A stretch of DNA of 64,000 bases. It comes from Macrostomum lignano (taxonomy: Eukaryota). Below the pieces are notes generated by a model that was not told the DNA's origin, made no database searches, and saw nothing but the letters and a program-made list of their open reading frames with translations. Shown piece after piece: positions 9,318-20,377 of this stretch. Made by a program: the position numbers and the translations under genes. Location: positions 62,001-126,000 of the forward strand of contig NIVC01002956.1 in the NCBI GenBank assembly GCA_002269645.1, given 5' to 3'. Numbering within the stretch: the first letter of the stretch is position 1; each line of letters begins with the position of its first letter.

Positions 9318-12300
9318 CGAAGATAAGCTGGGCGATGCGGGCGATCTGCTCTTCGCACGAGCGTCCTTTGCGGAAACCGGCTTGGACTTTGCTGAGAGTG
9401 CCCTTGGATTCCAGCAGGAAGTTCAGCCTTTGGTGCACCAGCCGTTCCGCGACCTTGGCAATGCAGCTGGTGAGGGCGACAGGGCGATACGAACCCGGGT
9501 CGTCAGCCGGTTTGCCGCGTTTCGGGATCGGAATGATAATCGCCCTGCGCCACTGGTGGGGGCAGTGTCCGCTGAGCCAGGCCTTGTTGATCAGGTCAAG
9601 TAGTCGCTGCTCGGTCCGTTCGGGGAGACGCTTGAGCATCTCGTTGGACACTCCGTCCGGGCCGGGGCTCTTCCTGGATTTCAGCGACCTCAGGGCCTGC
9701 TTAAGTTCCACGGCGGAGAAGGCGCCACAGATCTGTTGTTTGTGGTCGGGCTCGCAGCAGCGCGCTTTGATGGCGGCATAGGCGCATCTGTTGACCCCGC
9801 GGTCCGACCTCCTGCGCTCCACGCGAGACACGTCCGCGTACAGGGTGCAGAAGGCATCCGCTTTCTCCTTGTCCGTGACCGCAGTCCTCTGCCGGCGGTA
9901 TCTGGTCTCATCGGCCGGGATGGCAAGGGCCGCGTTGGGGGGAGGCGGCGGGGGTTCGCCCCTCATCGCCCGGGCCAGACCGAAAAGGTCGCTGTTGACG
10001 GACAACTCCGCGACTCGTTCGTCCCAGAAGCGGAGCTTCTCGGCCTTGATCGGGCTGGAAGAGACTCCCGCGCTTAGAGCGATCCTCTGTTTACTCGACT
10101 TCAGCAGAGCCTACGACAAGGTGTGGCGGAAGTCTCTGATCTGCAAGCTCGAGAAGCTGGGAGTCCCCGCCTGCGTCCTGCGCTGGATCAACAGCTTTCT
10201 CAGCGACAGGAGAGCGCGCGTCCGATTCGGCAATAGCCTCAGCAGAGAGCGCATCTTCCGGGAAGGCCTGCCCCAAGGCTCGGTGATCGCCCCTCTGCTT
10301 TGGCTGGTCTACGTCAACGACCTGCCAACTGCCATCGCGGAAGCATCGCCGGAAGCCGAGATCAGTCTGTATGCCGACGACTCGGCCATCCTGGCGCGCC
10401 ATACGGACCTCGAAAGCTGCGGGCACATCGTGCAACCGGCTCTGGACTCCGTGGCCCGCTGGTGCGACCAGAACAAGGTCGTGCTCAGCACCGGGAAGTG
10501 CAGTTACAGCACTTTCACGCTGAGCCCCAACGAGAACCGCGGCAAGACCAGAGTCGAACTCAACATCGGCGGCAGCGAGCTTCGTTTCGAGCCCAACCCG
10601 GTCTTCCTCGGCGTCAAATTCGACGACCACCTCGGGTTCGCGGAGCACGCCAATGATACCCGCCGCCGCATGGCTGCCAGAAGACGCCCACTGCAGGCCA
10701 TCGCACACCGGCAAACGGGTGCGACGCAGAGCATCCTCCGCACCGTTTACGTTGCCACTATCCGAGCTGTGGCGGACTACGGCAGCGGCGTATGGCTCGC
10801 GGGAGCGGCACCGAGCACCAGGCTCCTAGTCGAGCGCCAGCAGAACGCATGCGCGCGCCTGATTACTGGCTGCATATCCACGGCCCGCACTGAAAATCTC
10901 CTTAGCATCGCCGAGCTGCCGCCCCTCAGCCACGTGGCCATCGAACGCGCGTGCACGCTGAGGGAGCGGATGGCTCGCCTCCCGGACGGATCGCCATCGC
11001 AGAGCATCGCGACAGCGGTCAACACCCCGCGCCTCAAAAATCGCGCCTTCGAAGCCGCCAACCGGCCGAACCAGGCCGAGGGGGTCAATCAGCGCCTCCC
11101 GGACAGGGACCTTGACGTCCGACGTCGCTTCCGCGGCTGCTGGAGGCGCGCGGCGCGGGAGCTAGAATGTTGCGAGGTACTGGACAGGACGCCCCGGGCC
11201 CACCGACCCCTTGGCCCCCCACCGTGGGAAGTGGCCGAGGCCGGCCGCGTCCAGTTCGATGTCTCGCTCAGCAAGGTTATCAGCCGCGACATGCCGGCGG
11301 CCATGAAAGCCAACATAGCCAGGCAAATCGTCGGCCCACTGGAGACCTCCGGACACGTCATCTGGACGGACGGATCCGCGGCTGGCGGTTTCACGAACGG
11401 AGGCGGTGCGGCGATCGCCCAGTGGCTTCCGGACAACGACGCCCGCCTCGTCGCGGCTGGCGCGCTCTGCAGCAGCTTTACCACAGAACTCTGCGCCATC
11501 AGGGAGGCCTTAGACATCGCCTACCACCCGGCGCCGCCCACGGGCGCTATAACTATCGCCACGGACAGCCTCAGCGCCATCCAGGCGCTCAGCGCCGGAC
11601 CCCTGTGCCAGCAAAACTCAGTTGCCGCGGACTGCTGGAGTAAACTCCTCAACCTGATCGCCATGGACCGCCCTGTTCACTTCGCTTGGGTGCCATCCCA
11701 CTGCGGGGTCGCCGGCAACGAGGCGGCCGACCGCGCCGCCGCCAACGCGGCCGGGCTCGACCAACAGGCGGTGCCGATCGAGCTTGACGCGGCAAGGGCA
11801 GCCGCTCGTCGCTCTCGCAGAAAGCTGGACGCCAGAATCCTGCCGCCGAGACTGCAGCCGCCGACGAGCCTCCCTAGACGTCTCCAGGTCCTGGTCAACC
11901 AGCTCCGGTCCGGCGCCAGCACCATCAACTTTAGCACCAGACACCGCCTGGGCTTGGAACAGTCCCCCGCCTGCCCCGATTGCGGCGCGGAGGACTCGGC
12001 TGAACATCTGCTCCTCCACTGCCCCCGCGGTGACCACTTCCGGAGAAGAAGCGGCCTGGCCCCGAGCGACCTGATGGGGTCCCCGGAGGCCATCGTCAGA
12101 CTATTACGCAGCATGGGGCGGCTCCCCTCGGGGTCCACGCCCCCCTCCAGATCGGCCTAGCCGGAACGGAGGCGCCCCGAAGAAGAAGAAGAAGAAGAAG
12201 AAGAAGCAGCAGCATCCACCAGCGAGCACGAGTCTGAAGCAGCTGCTCCACCAATCGCCGCCGCCGCTGAACAGGTATATTCGGCTAGTTTCTGTTGGCC

Positions 12301-12885
12301 ACCAATACCAGCTGCTGGCGTGCCTTGTAGCCAGCGTAACAGCCCGCTGATTTCGCCGCCGAACAGGTCGGCGGTAATAATGATTCCAACAACAGGTGAG
12401 CACGCCTTTGCCTGGAAATAATTGTGCGTGCGTGCGTGTGCGGGACAATTTTATATTCGTGCGCTCTTTCCACGTATCAGAACCTATATATATTGTTTCC
12501 TCGTCTAATAAACTCAACAATAGGCAAAACAGCAGTGCCTGCTGCTACGGATGCTGCCTCCTCGGCTACAGCTGCTGCAGGTGCATCCGCCGCCAGCGCC
12601 GATGCCAGCAACAGCAGCAGCAGCAGCAAGAAGCGAGTGTGTCCTGCAGATGGATGTTCCGTTATCATGCGAATGGATGCACTTAAACGCCACTTTACGG
12701 CGAAGCATGCTGCCTGGTGCCTGGCTCGCCCCGTGAGCGCCAATGTAAAGGACACGGCTGCCGGCTGGTCTACAAAGCAGCGCGTGGACTGGCACTGGCG
12801 CAGCCTGATCCTTAGAAGTGAGCAGACCATCAGCTCGAAGAAGCATGCAAGAACCGAAACGTATTGCGAGCAATGCGCGTTGTAG
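9227..12885 (+). pseudogene. Small two-exon C2H2 zinc-finger gene disrupted by a LINE in its poly-Ala (CAG) tract. Exon 1: 9227-9316 + 12206-12395; exon 2: 12524-12885
   Basis: ATG 9227 MFSFLRLLFGDDAAADP(A)n resumes after the LINE as AAASTSEHESE...; phase-1 GT(12396)-AG(12523) intron; CPADGCSVIMRMDALKRHFTAKH zinc finger. Confidence 0.65.
9317..12205 (+). mobile_element. Non-LTR retrotransposon (I-group, RT + RNase H + CCHC), 5'-truncated with a twin-priming inversion: 9317-10050 inverted, 10051-12205 forward, (GAA)n tail
   Basis: Minus strand has KSPGPDG, YRPVALTS, QAGFRKGRS...QLIF; plus strand continues GLEETPALRAILCLLDFSRAYDKV, GLPQGS, YADD, RNase H WTDGS/TDS/WVPSHCG, CPDC..EDSAEHLLLHC; tail at 12179-12205; CAG runs on both flanks. 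Confidence 0.93.
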
Positions 12886-13029
12886 TGTGAGCATCTTTTA
12901 CGATAGCCTTGTATTCTATTAGTTAGGTTTTGCATTATTGTTATTGAATTATTATTTTGCTTTAGTTTAGTCATACGTTTTTGGTGTACTTTTTCCTTGT
13001 TAGTTAGAATCAATTTTGCGTAAACAGGC

Positions 13030-13260
13030 TAGACGTCAGACGCCATTTGTGACTCAGCGGAGGGTTGAGTTTGTCTGCGAACCCCAGCTTTGTGCGGCCA
13101 GCCAATCAGAACCGGCCTGGACCCTGGCACGCGGCAAGTTTCAATTCTACCCGGCGCCGCGGGCACAGTGCAATTCGGCTTAAGCAAGCGGCCGGCCAGA
13201 CGACCACCACCCGGCTTGAGGGGGTTTTGAGGGGTTGCGACTCTGACTATATATGAAAGT
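13030..13260 (+). promoter_or_regulatory. Cluster of Pol II promoter-like motifs
   Basis: agacgtca (CRE-like), cgccattt (YY1-like), tgactca (AP-1), ccaatcag (CCAAT), tatatatgaaag (TATA-like) within ~230 bp. Confidence 0.35.
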
Positions 13261-14124
13261 GTGTTTTGGCAATCGGATCTCGCCTTCTTCTCGCTCCCTT
13301 TCCCCGGTTTTGTCTTGTCCAGTTCCCGGCCGGTGGCCCGATTTCTCCTCTCTTGTTGGTTCGCGCTTTGAGGCGCCTGAATTCATCACCCCCGGTCCAT
13401 ATTTTTTTGTTCCCGCCCAACCGCAGTAGTCTTGTGGCGTAACGTCTACGGCAAATTTCTGTCTGAAGTCGTCGCTATCAAGCGCGGTTAGATAGAGACT
13501 GTCGGATCTGATCAAGTACGCGGCCTCGACCCCGAGGGCCTCAGTGTTACACTGAAGGGCAGTGCCGATAGAATTTAGTCGGTACTCCGTTGAACGGTCG
13601 GTTCGGCAGGGCTCTCGTTTGAGTGTAGGTTCTGGCTTAGGCCAGGGGTTAGGAGTCTTCTCCGTGGTCGTGTTCGGTGCCTCCTTCTTCTTCTTCAAGC
13701 TGAGATCCGCTTGTCAGTGCGTAATATAATCATTATTATTAATCGTTACTATTCGTTATCATCAGTCTAATTATCTGCGCCGCGAAATTGCTTGAATCCT
13801 GTAACTTGAGTAATCAAATTAAATCGTCTAGCCAATTATCAGTTGTATCATATAGGATTATCACTCTCTAAATCTTTTGGTTTGTGTTCCCTCGTGTTCT
13901 TTCTTTTCTTGTACTGTACCTGCGGCTATTGGAGAAAGACTGGTAGGACTCGCCGACCGGCGATAGGCGATTAGGATTAATAGCTTTAAAATCTCCAAAC
14001 GCTCCAAGTAGGTTTGTCTAGGGCCTAAATAATTGCTTACCGTGCATGCTATTATCTAATTGCCTATTTATCACAGCGTGCTGGTTTAGGGATAGCGACA
14101 AGCACCAGGTGAGCAGTTGCGACG

Positions 14125-14236
14125 TGTAAATTCGGGCATACACTGTGTACCTGCGGGCTGCCATAGACGCATATTGACTCGGAATCGGGATAAGGAGCAG
14201 TCGTGTATTAGCGGGCAGTTGTGTATTAGCGAGCAG
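14125..14236. repeat. Left inverted end block upstream of YR copy 2
   Basis: tgtaaattcgggcatacactgtgta (14125-14149) is the reverse complement of 2483-2507 (24/25); gtgtattagcgggcag (14203-14218) is the reverse complement of 20242-20257 (15/16), with a second tandem copy at 14221. Confidence 0.8.
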
Positions 14237-14311
14237 CTGTGTTAGGGCCATATACTACTCAGCATATAGCCATTCTATCCTTTAATAACTCGACAGGCCA
14301 AGCACCGAAAG

Positions 14312-15282
14312 ATGGAATCCGCCGCCGCCGCAGCCAAAGCAACACCAGCGTCTGCCGACCCGCCGCCAAACGAGGCGTCCGCCATCTCCGCCGCCACTGG
14401 CATCGACGCTGCCACCGCTGCTGCCGAAAAGAAGAAACGCGGCTCCCTGTCCGCGCCATTCAGACCCGATTCGCCAGCCGTGCTGCAGCTAAGAGTGCTG
14501 AGATCGCTATACTACGACCCTTCGACAGGTGTTCACGATCAAAACATCGACGGCTTTGAGGAGAAGTGGAAAGCAATCGCCGACCTGGTACTATCAAGCT
14601 TTGAGAAGATGGCGAAAGTACCATATTCGGCCTCCACAGCCGTGGACGGTGAAAATTACGACTGCAGCGATGACCAAGATGCCGCAGCGACTCTTCCGCC
14701 GCCGCCGCCGCCGCCGCCGCCGCAGCCAATAGCTGAGGCTTCTGCATGCTCGGAGTCGCCGACTACTCAGCCGCAGCCTCCAAGAGACTTTCTATTCTGT
14801 CTGGCTGACCCAAATGCCGCCGCAGACGCTCTACGCCAGACTAGTAGCAGCATCGGCACGGTCGCTGATTAAATGTATGCGCTTTATTATTCTCTACATC
14901 GAAGACGATCCCGGGCATCGCCTGCTGGTTATTCGGCGTCTTCGCCTACCAGCCGATATCGCCGACAATCTGGAGGAGCGCTGTTTGCTATTTAAAAAGC
15001 GCCTGCGAGTGCTCCGGATGCAACACGACTTTTATCGTAAGCTTGACGCCCCTGAACACCACGCGAAAAAGCAGAAAAAGCTGCTGACCAGCGAAGAATG
15101 GCGCCTCGTGCTTGCCGACTACAGCAAGCTCGTAGAGCAATTCGGTTACGGCGGTAGCAGTTCTCGTGCTCGACTACTGGGGAGCGCCGCAGACCAAGTC
15201 GTTAGGGCTGCTGCAGACGAAATTGGCGATGCCGCCGCCGCCGCCGCCGCCGCCGCAGCCGACGATGACGCAAATGCTTCAG

Positions 15283-15316
<34 letters not shown>

Positions 15317-18300
15317 TAGCGGTAACACCAGCGCAGACGACGGCGAGGACACCGACGACGATGCTTTGTCCGCGTCGCAGCAGTCGATGATCCAGCTGCG
15401 CAATAGATTTGCTCTCCACGCCACTGTGCATCATCCGATACCAACACTAGAGGAGAGGAGCTTCTGGCCCTCATCTCTAACACAAACCTCATGCTCTGCA
15501 ACCGCGGCAGCACTCCTACCTTTAATAATGGCAGATGGACCGAGGTCCTCGACGCCACACTCGTTACCCCAAGACTCTTTGACAGAGTTGAGGAGTGGAG
15601 AGTCTGGTCTGAGGAGCCCTCCCTGTCTGACCACTGCTTTATCGCCTTTAACATCGCGGATACTAAAACCCAGTCTCCGATCACTTGGAGACGCAATATC
15701 CGCAACACTGATTGGGCGGCCTACAAGGCTGCCCTTGATCTGCACCTGCAGGAACTCACGGACTTACGTCCGATTGAGACCTGCGAGGATGTGGATCATA
15801 TGGCTGAGACGCTGACAGGTTGCATTATTGCAGCCTACGAAGCGGCTTGTCCTGCTCGCGCCTACAAAGGCAAGACCTCGGCGCCGTGGTGGAACCCGGA
15901 CCTGGGGAAACTCAGGCGGAAGGCCAAAAGCCTTCATCGCCGTGTCATGAAGACCGGAAACCCGGAGGACATGGAGCTTTTCCGGCAAGCCTCCCGCAAT
16001 TTCAAATCTGAAGTGCGCAAGGCCAAGGAATGTAAGTGGCGCCAATTCTGCAATGAATTGGATCAAGACAGACCTACTTCTAGGCTTGTCAAGGCCCTTA
16101 CAATGGACAAAATGTCCAAATTAGCCATGATAAAAAAGATGATGGCTCTCTTACTAAAGACCCTGAAGAAGTGCTTCAGCATATGCTTAGCACATTCTTC
16201 CCGAGGGTACCTACTGCTAGACCGGAGTCCAACCATTCGATGGATGGAGCCACCCTAGCGGCGGGCATTGTCACTGAAGACCTAATCGCTCGTGCGGTCA
16301 GAACCTTCAAACCCTTCAAATCTCCTGGACCTGATGGTATCTACCCTGTTCTCCTTCGTGAAGCAGCCAAGATACCCTCGTTCCTGAGACTCACCCGCAA
16401 TCTTATGCGGGCCTCTATCCAGCTGGGATACGTTCCCAAATGCTGGACTGAAGCTCGGGTAGTCTTTATTCCCAAACCTGGGAAGGGTGACTACCAAAGC
16501 GTCAAGGCCTTCCGGCCTATTAGCTTAACGTCAGCAATGCTTAAGCTCACTGAGAGGCTTATTCTCTGGCGGCTGCTCTCCTGCGAGCTGACAGCGATGC
16601 CCCTCAGCAATAATCAGCACGCCTTCCGTACCGGGAGGTCGACTGACAGCGCCCTGCATGCGATTGTCGAGAAGATTGAACGGGCGGTACTGGGTGACGG
16701 TTACGCCCTGGCTCTCTTTCTTGACATTGTTGGCGCCTTCGACAACGTTATCTTTGAAGCGTTTCAGAGGCCCTTCAAAATCGCAAAGCTCATGCTACCC
16801 TCATACGGTGGATCATGTACATGATCTCCAACCGTACGGTCACTGCCCAACTTCTTGGGCAAACTGCCTCCACAGAGTCTGTAAGGGTGGACCCCAAGGC
16901 GGAGTCCTCACCCCGACGCTCTGGAACCTGGTCATGGACGCTCTTCTGAGTGACTCCCGACCCGACCCCGTCTTCAAAGTCGGGTATGCTGATGACGTCA
17001 CGGCCATTGTGGCAGGACCGTCTCCCAGCACGCTCAGGGATCTGATGCAGAGCTTTATCCGCAAAGCAGAATCCTGGGCCAATGACAATGGTCTGGAACT
17101 CTCTGAGCCCAAAACCGTTGCCATTATGTTTACCAGCAGACTACGCTGGAACATACGTCCTCTGCAGCTCTACGGCAGAGATATTGCCTTCGCGCACCAG
17201 ACCAGATGTCTCGGGGTCACACTTGACCACCGGCTCAACTGGTCCTACCACGTGAAAGCAAAAGCCAAGCGTGCCTCAGCCATCCTGGCCCAGCTCCGAC
17301 GAGCACTTGGCACTTCTTGGGGTCTATCCCCAAAGCGGCTTTGGTGGATCTATACTTCCGTAGTTAGACCTGCCATTACGTACGCCTCGGTTGTCTGGGT
17401 TAGCGCTACCCAGGTCAAAAGCCATGCAGACCTGCTCAACACGATCCAAGGCAGAGCGTGTAGGCTCATCTGCAACGCCACCAGGTCCACGCCCTTTGCT
17501 GGCATGGGGGCCTTCCTTAATCTACCGCCTCTTGACCTCTTCGTCAGGGGTGAGGCGGCTAGAACGACGCGGCGTCTAATTGATGCCGGCGTCAAATTCA
17601 TTTACATGAGAGCACCTGCTAAGCGGAACCTTGTCCCGCATAGCGACCTGAGCCTCAACTTTCTCAACGAGTGTCAGGCCAATCGCGTCTTCACCGATCG
17701 CATTGCCTCAACGCTCAACCTGAGACAGCGCTACTCCGTAGCTATCGACTCGCGCGATAACATCAATGACCAATGGAACCTTGGTGAGCTTCATTGTTAC
17801 ACCGACGGTTCTAAGCAGTCAGCCAACACCGGCTTTGGTGTTGGAATCTTTCTGAACGGGAAGGTCATCGCTACCCACGCTCAATACACTGGGGTCAACT
17901 CCAGTGATTTTCAAAATGAAGTTCTGGCCATCAGCTCCTGCACTGCAGAGCTTCTCGCCACTGGCGTTACTGGTAAGAACATCATTTTCCATTCGGACAG
18001 CCAAGCCGCCTTGCACGCCATCAGTGGCTGCAGTACCAACTCTGCAACAGTCCTCGACTGTATCAAACTCCTCAACGTGTTGGGTTCCACCAACAAAATT
18101 ACCCTTAAGTGGGTTCCGGGGCATGTGGGGATCCGAGGAAATGAGTTGGCTGACACCCTTGCAAAAGTTGGTGCCTCCGGCTCCTCTCTCGGTCCCGAAC
18201 CCCTTGTCCCGATTCCTGGCTGTGTCATCGACTCGCGCATCAAAGCGTGGATCAGGACCCAGCACCGCTCGACTTGGGCGAACTGCACTACCTGCAGGCA

Positions 18301-19535
18301 ATCCAGAGGCGCTGTCCCTCAGCCCTCTCACCAGCTCCGGAAGCTCCTCTTGCGCCTCTCGCGCAGAGACATCCGGGCTGCCACCATGAACCTCTCTGGT
18401 CACGGCTGCTTCTCCAGGCACCAGCACCTGCAGGGCAACGCCACCAACGCCACCTGTAGTTTCTGCAACTCAGGTGACGAAACCGCTGAGCATTTCGTCA
18501 GCATCTGTCCCGCCTTCACGCGGGCCAGACTCACTTACCTCGGGCCACACACATCTATTACTGAAGCGTGCAAACCCGAAAACTTTAATCAGCTCATGCG
18601 CTACCTTCGGGCCACCCGCAGGGCTGAACTCTCCTTTCCAGAGAGCACTATAGCTGCTGGCGACACTGGGGGACCTCCCTGGGCGGCGCCAACCCTCCGT
18701 CCATAGCGACGCGTCGGCTGTTCAGGGACTAGCGGAATGGGCGCCCGCGCCTTCCCGCTGTGTCCCCTCCGGGACAGCCCTGCAGCTGCAGCGTCCTCTG
18801 CCTGCCGACGTCCTTTGTTAACCTGCTGCTCAAGTGGCGACACAGCGCGGGCTTCGGCGCCAGCCCAGATGGCGGCGACGTTTTTGTGTTTTGCACACGA
18901 AACGGAACCAAAATGTCGTTCCGTTGCAGTGTTGGGTCGCCACGGCGTCGGTCCAAACGTGTTCCGCAGCTCAACACAGGACGTTGTCATGTCCAACAAC
19001 CCGGACCTAATAAATTAGATGGCGTCACTGTATGAGACATCGCCGGCAATGATCATGCGGCACTACGCGTCGAACGCTCTGTTGGCATCTCGCTCCGACA
19101 TGCAAGCCGTCGTCCAGGGTATGATTGAGCAGCGGGCCTCAACATCGGTAGCATCGCTGCGGCGCCAGCGGCTGTGGACGAGGCGCCGCCGAATGCTGCT
19201 GAACCTTGGCAGCAGCAAAGCCGGGAAAGACGGCAGCGAAAAATAGCGCCGGCAGTGGTGGCGACGGCGGCGCTTACAGCCCATCGCAGCCGATTACGTC
19301 AACAGAGCGACAGCTCCAGGAGGCCACTAAACGAAAGGCGCTAGTGATGCCGCCGCAACTCACATCTAAACGGAAAGCTGCGGCCAACGCGACGTGCACC
19401 TTGATGCGACTGGACGACAACGACTATGATGACGCGGCGGAGAGCAGCATGGCGGCTACTGCAGCGACGTCTGACGTCAGAGTCAGATGCAGCGGCCGTA
19501 AGAGAGTTAAATTGTGCACGCCAGCTTCTGTTTGA
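14312..19535 (+). pseudogene. Tyrosine recombinase-like gene (YR copy 2) with N-terminal region, split by a LINE, frameshifted
   Basis: QLRNRFALHATVHHPI | LINE | CSVLCLPTSFVNLLLKWR...VFVFCTRNGTKMS; GPNVFRSSTQDVVMSNNPDL*MASLYETSPAMIMRHY; C-terminal PQLTSKRKAA...KLCTPASV aligns with copy 1; frameshifts near 14870 and 18920, TAG at 19016-19018. Confidence 0.8.
15441..18786 (+). mobile_element. Non-LTR retrotransposon (APE-RT-RNaseH-CCHC, LOA/I-group-like), 5'-truncated inside the endonuclease, two frameshifts; 3' boundary uncertain
   Basis: NTRGEELL..NRGSTPTF..LSDH; KSPGPDG, FRPISLTS, QHAFRTGRST, LDIVGAFD, PQGGVLTPTLW, YADD, YTDGSK, SDSQAAL, KWVPGHVGIRGNELAD, CSFCNSGDETAEHFVSIC. Confidence 0.92.
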
Positions 19536-19748
19536 GACATAGCTACTTTGTGCATGTAGCGGCATAGGGAACTGTTTATATATTAGCTCTATATGCCATA
19601 TAGATACTAGCTACTTTTGATTGAGTACCTACTAATCAGTCCGCAGCGCGACCCCTTCGCTAGCCTGTAAGCCAAATGTTAACGAACTAAAATACTAGCA
19701 TTGGTGTATTATAGCACTCAGATATGAAAAGAAATAGCTGACTCGAAA

Positions 19749-20020
19749 GTGCCAAGCACAATTTCGAGTGCTTGCTTGCTAGCAATTATTCCATCTATGT
19801 ATTACATTAAATTGCGTGTACGAGTTACTTGTGCTTATTCATGTACATAGGTAGCACTATTTCGGAATTGTTCTAGGCACATTTCCTATTAAATTATATT
19901 AATTGGAATGAAAACTCTGCAATTGTTTCTATGATATGGCTGGCTGCTGCCGCCGCCGCCGCCGTCCGTGTTTTATCTTTTAGGGAGAAGTGCCTAACAT
20001 AATTTCGAAATAGTGCTACC
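19749..20020. repeat. Three copies (forward, reverse, forward) of the shared motif downstream of YR copy 2
   Basis: gtgccaagcacaatttcg (19749), gtagcactatttcggaattgttctaggcac (19851-19880), gtgcctaacataatttcgaaatagtgctacc (19990-20020). Confidence 0.85.
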
Positions 20021-20237
20021 TGTGTCAATCATATTTATATATATTTATTATTAATGTTTCCGCTTCGCTTGTTCAAGTATATAAAATGGTTTCATTATCT
20101 ACTAGCTAACCAATCGTTGTTTTATCTGTTGTTGTTTGCTGCATCCCTATTTTTACAATTTACTATTCTTTAGGATTAATGTCAGAAGCTAAACAGGCCA
20201 GTATATTTATCTTACCCTCTCTATACACCTTTATATA

Positions 20238-20377
20238 TACACTGCCCGCTTATACACACTGTTTATTGTTTTTAATGAACATCATAAAGTTAGGCCAGTA
20301 CAGTTGCCTAACTCCGCAAATACACTGTGTCTGTCCGATTATACACGGCTTTAACAAGTGTATAGACAATTTTTTTG
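20238..20377. repeat. Conserved right-end block of YR unit 2
   Basis: tacagt...caaatacactgtgtctgtccgattatacac...acaagtgtatagacaattttttt aligns with 2460-2538; similarity stops at the T-run. Confidence 0.75.

Noticed and set aside
9791-10050. N-terminal 86 aa of the 789-aa RT ORF
   Set aside because: Antisense read-through of the inverted LINE segment, not real protein
13048-13716. Solo LTR
   Set aside because: No matching TSD, PBS or PPT could be identified
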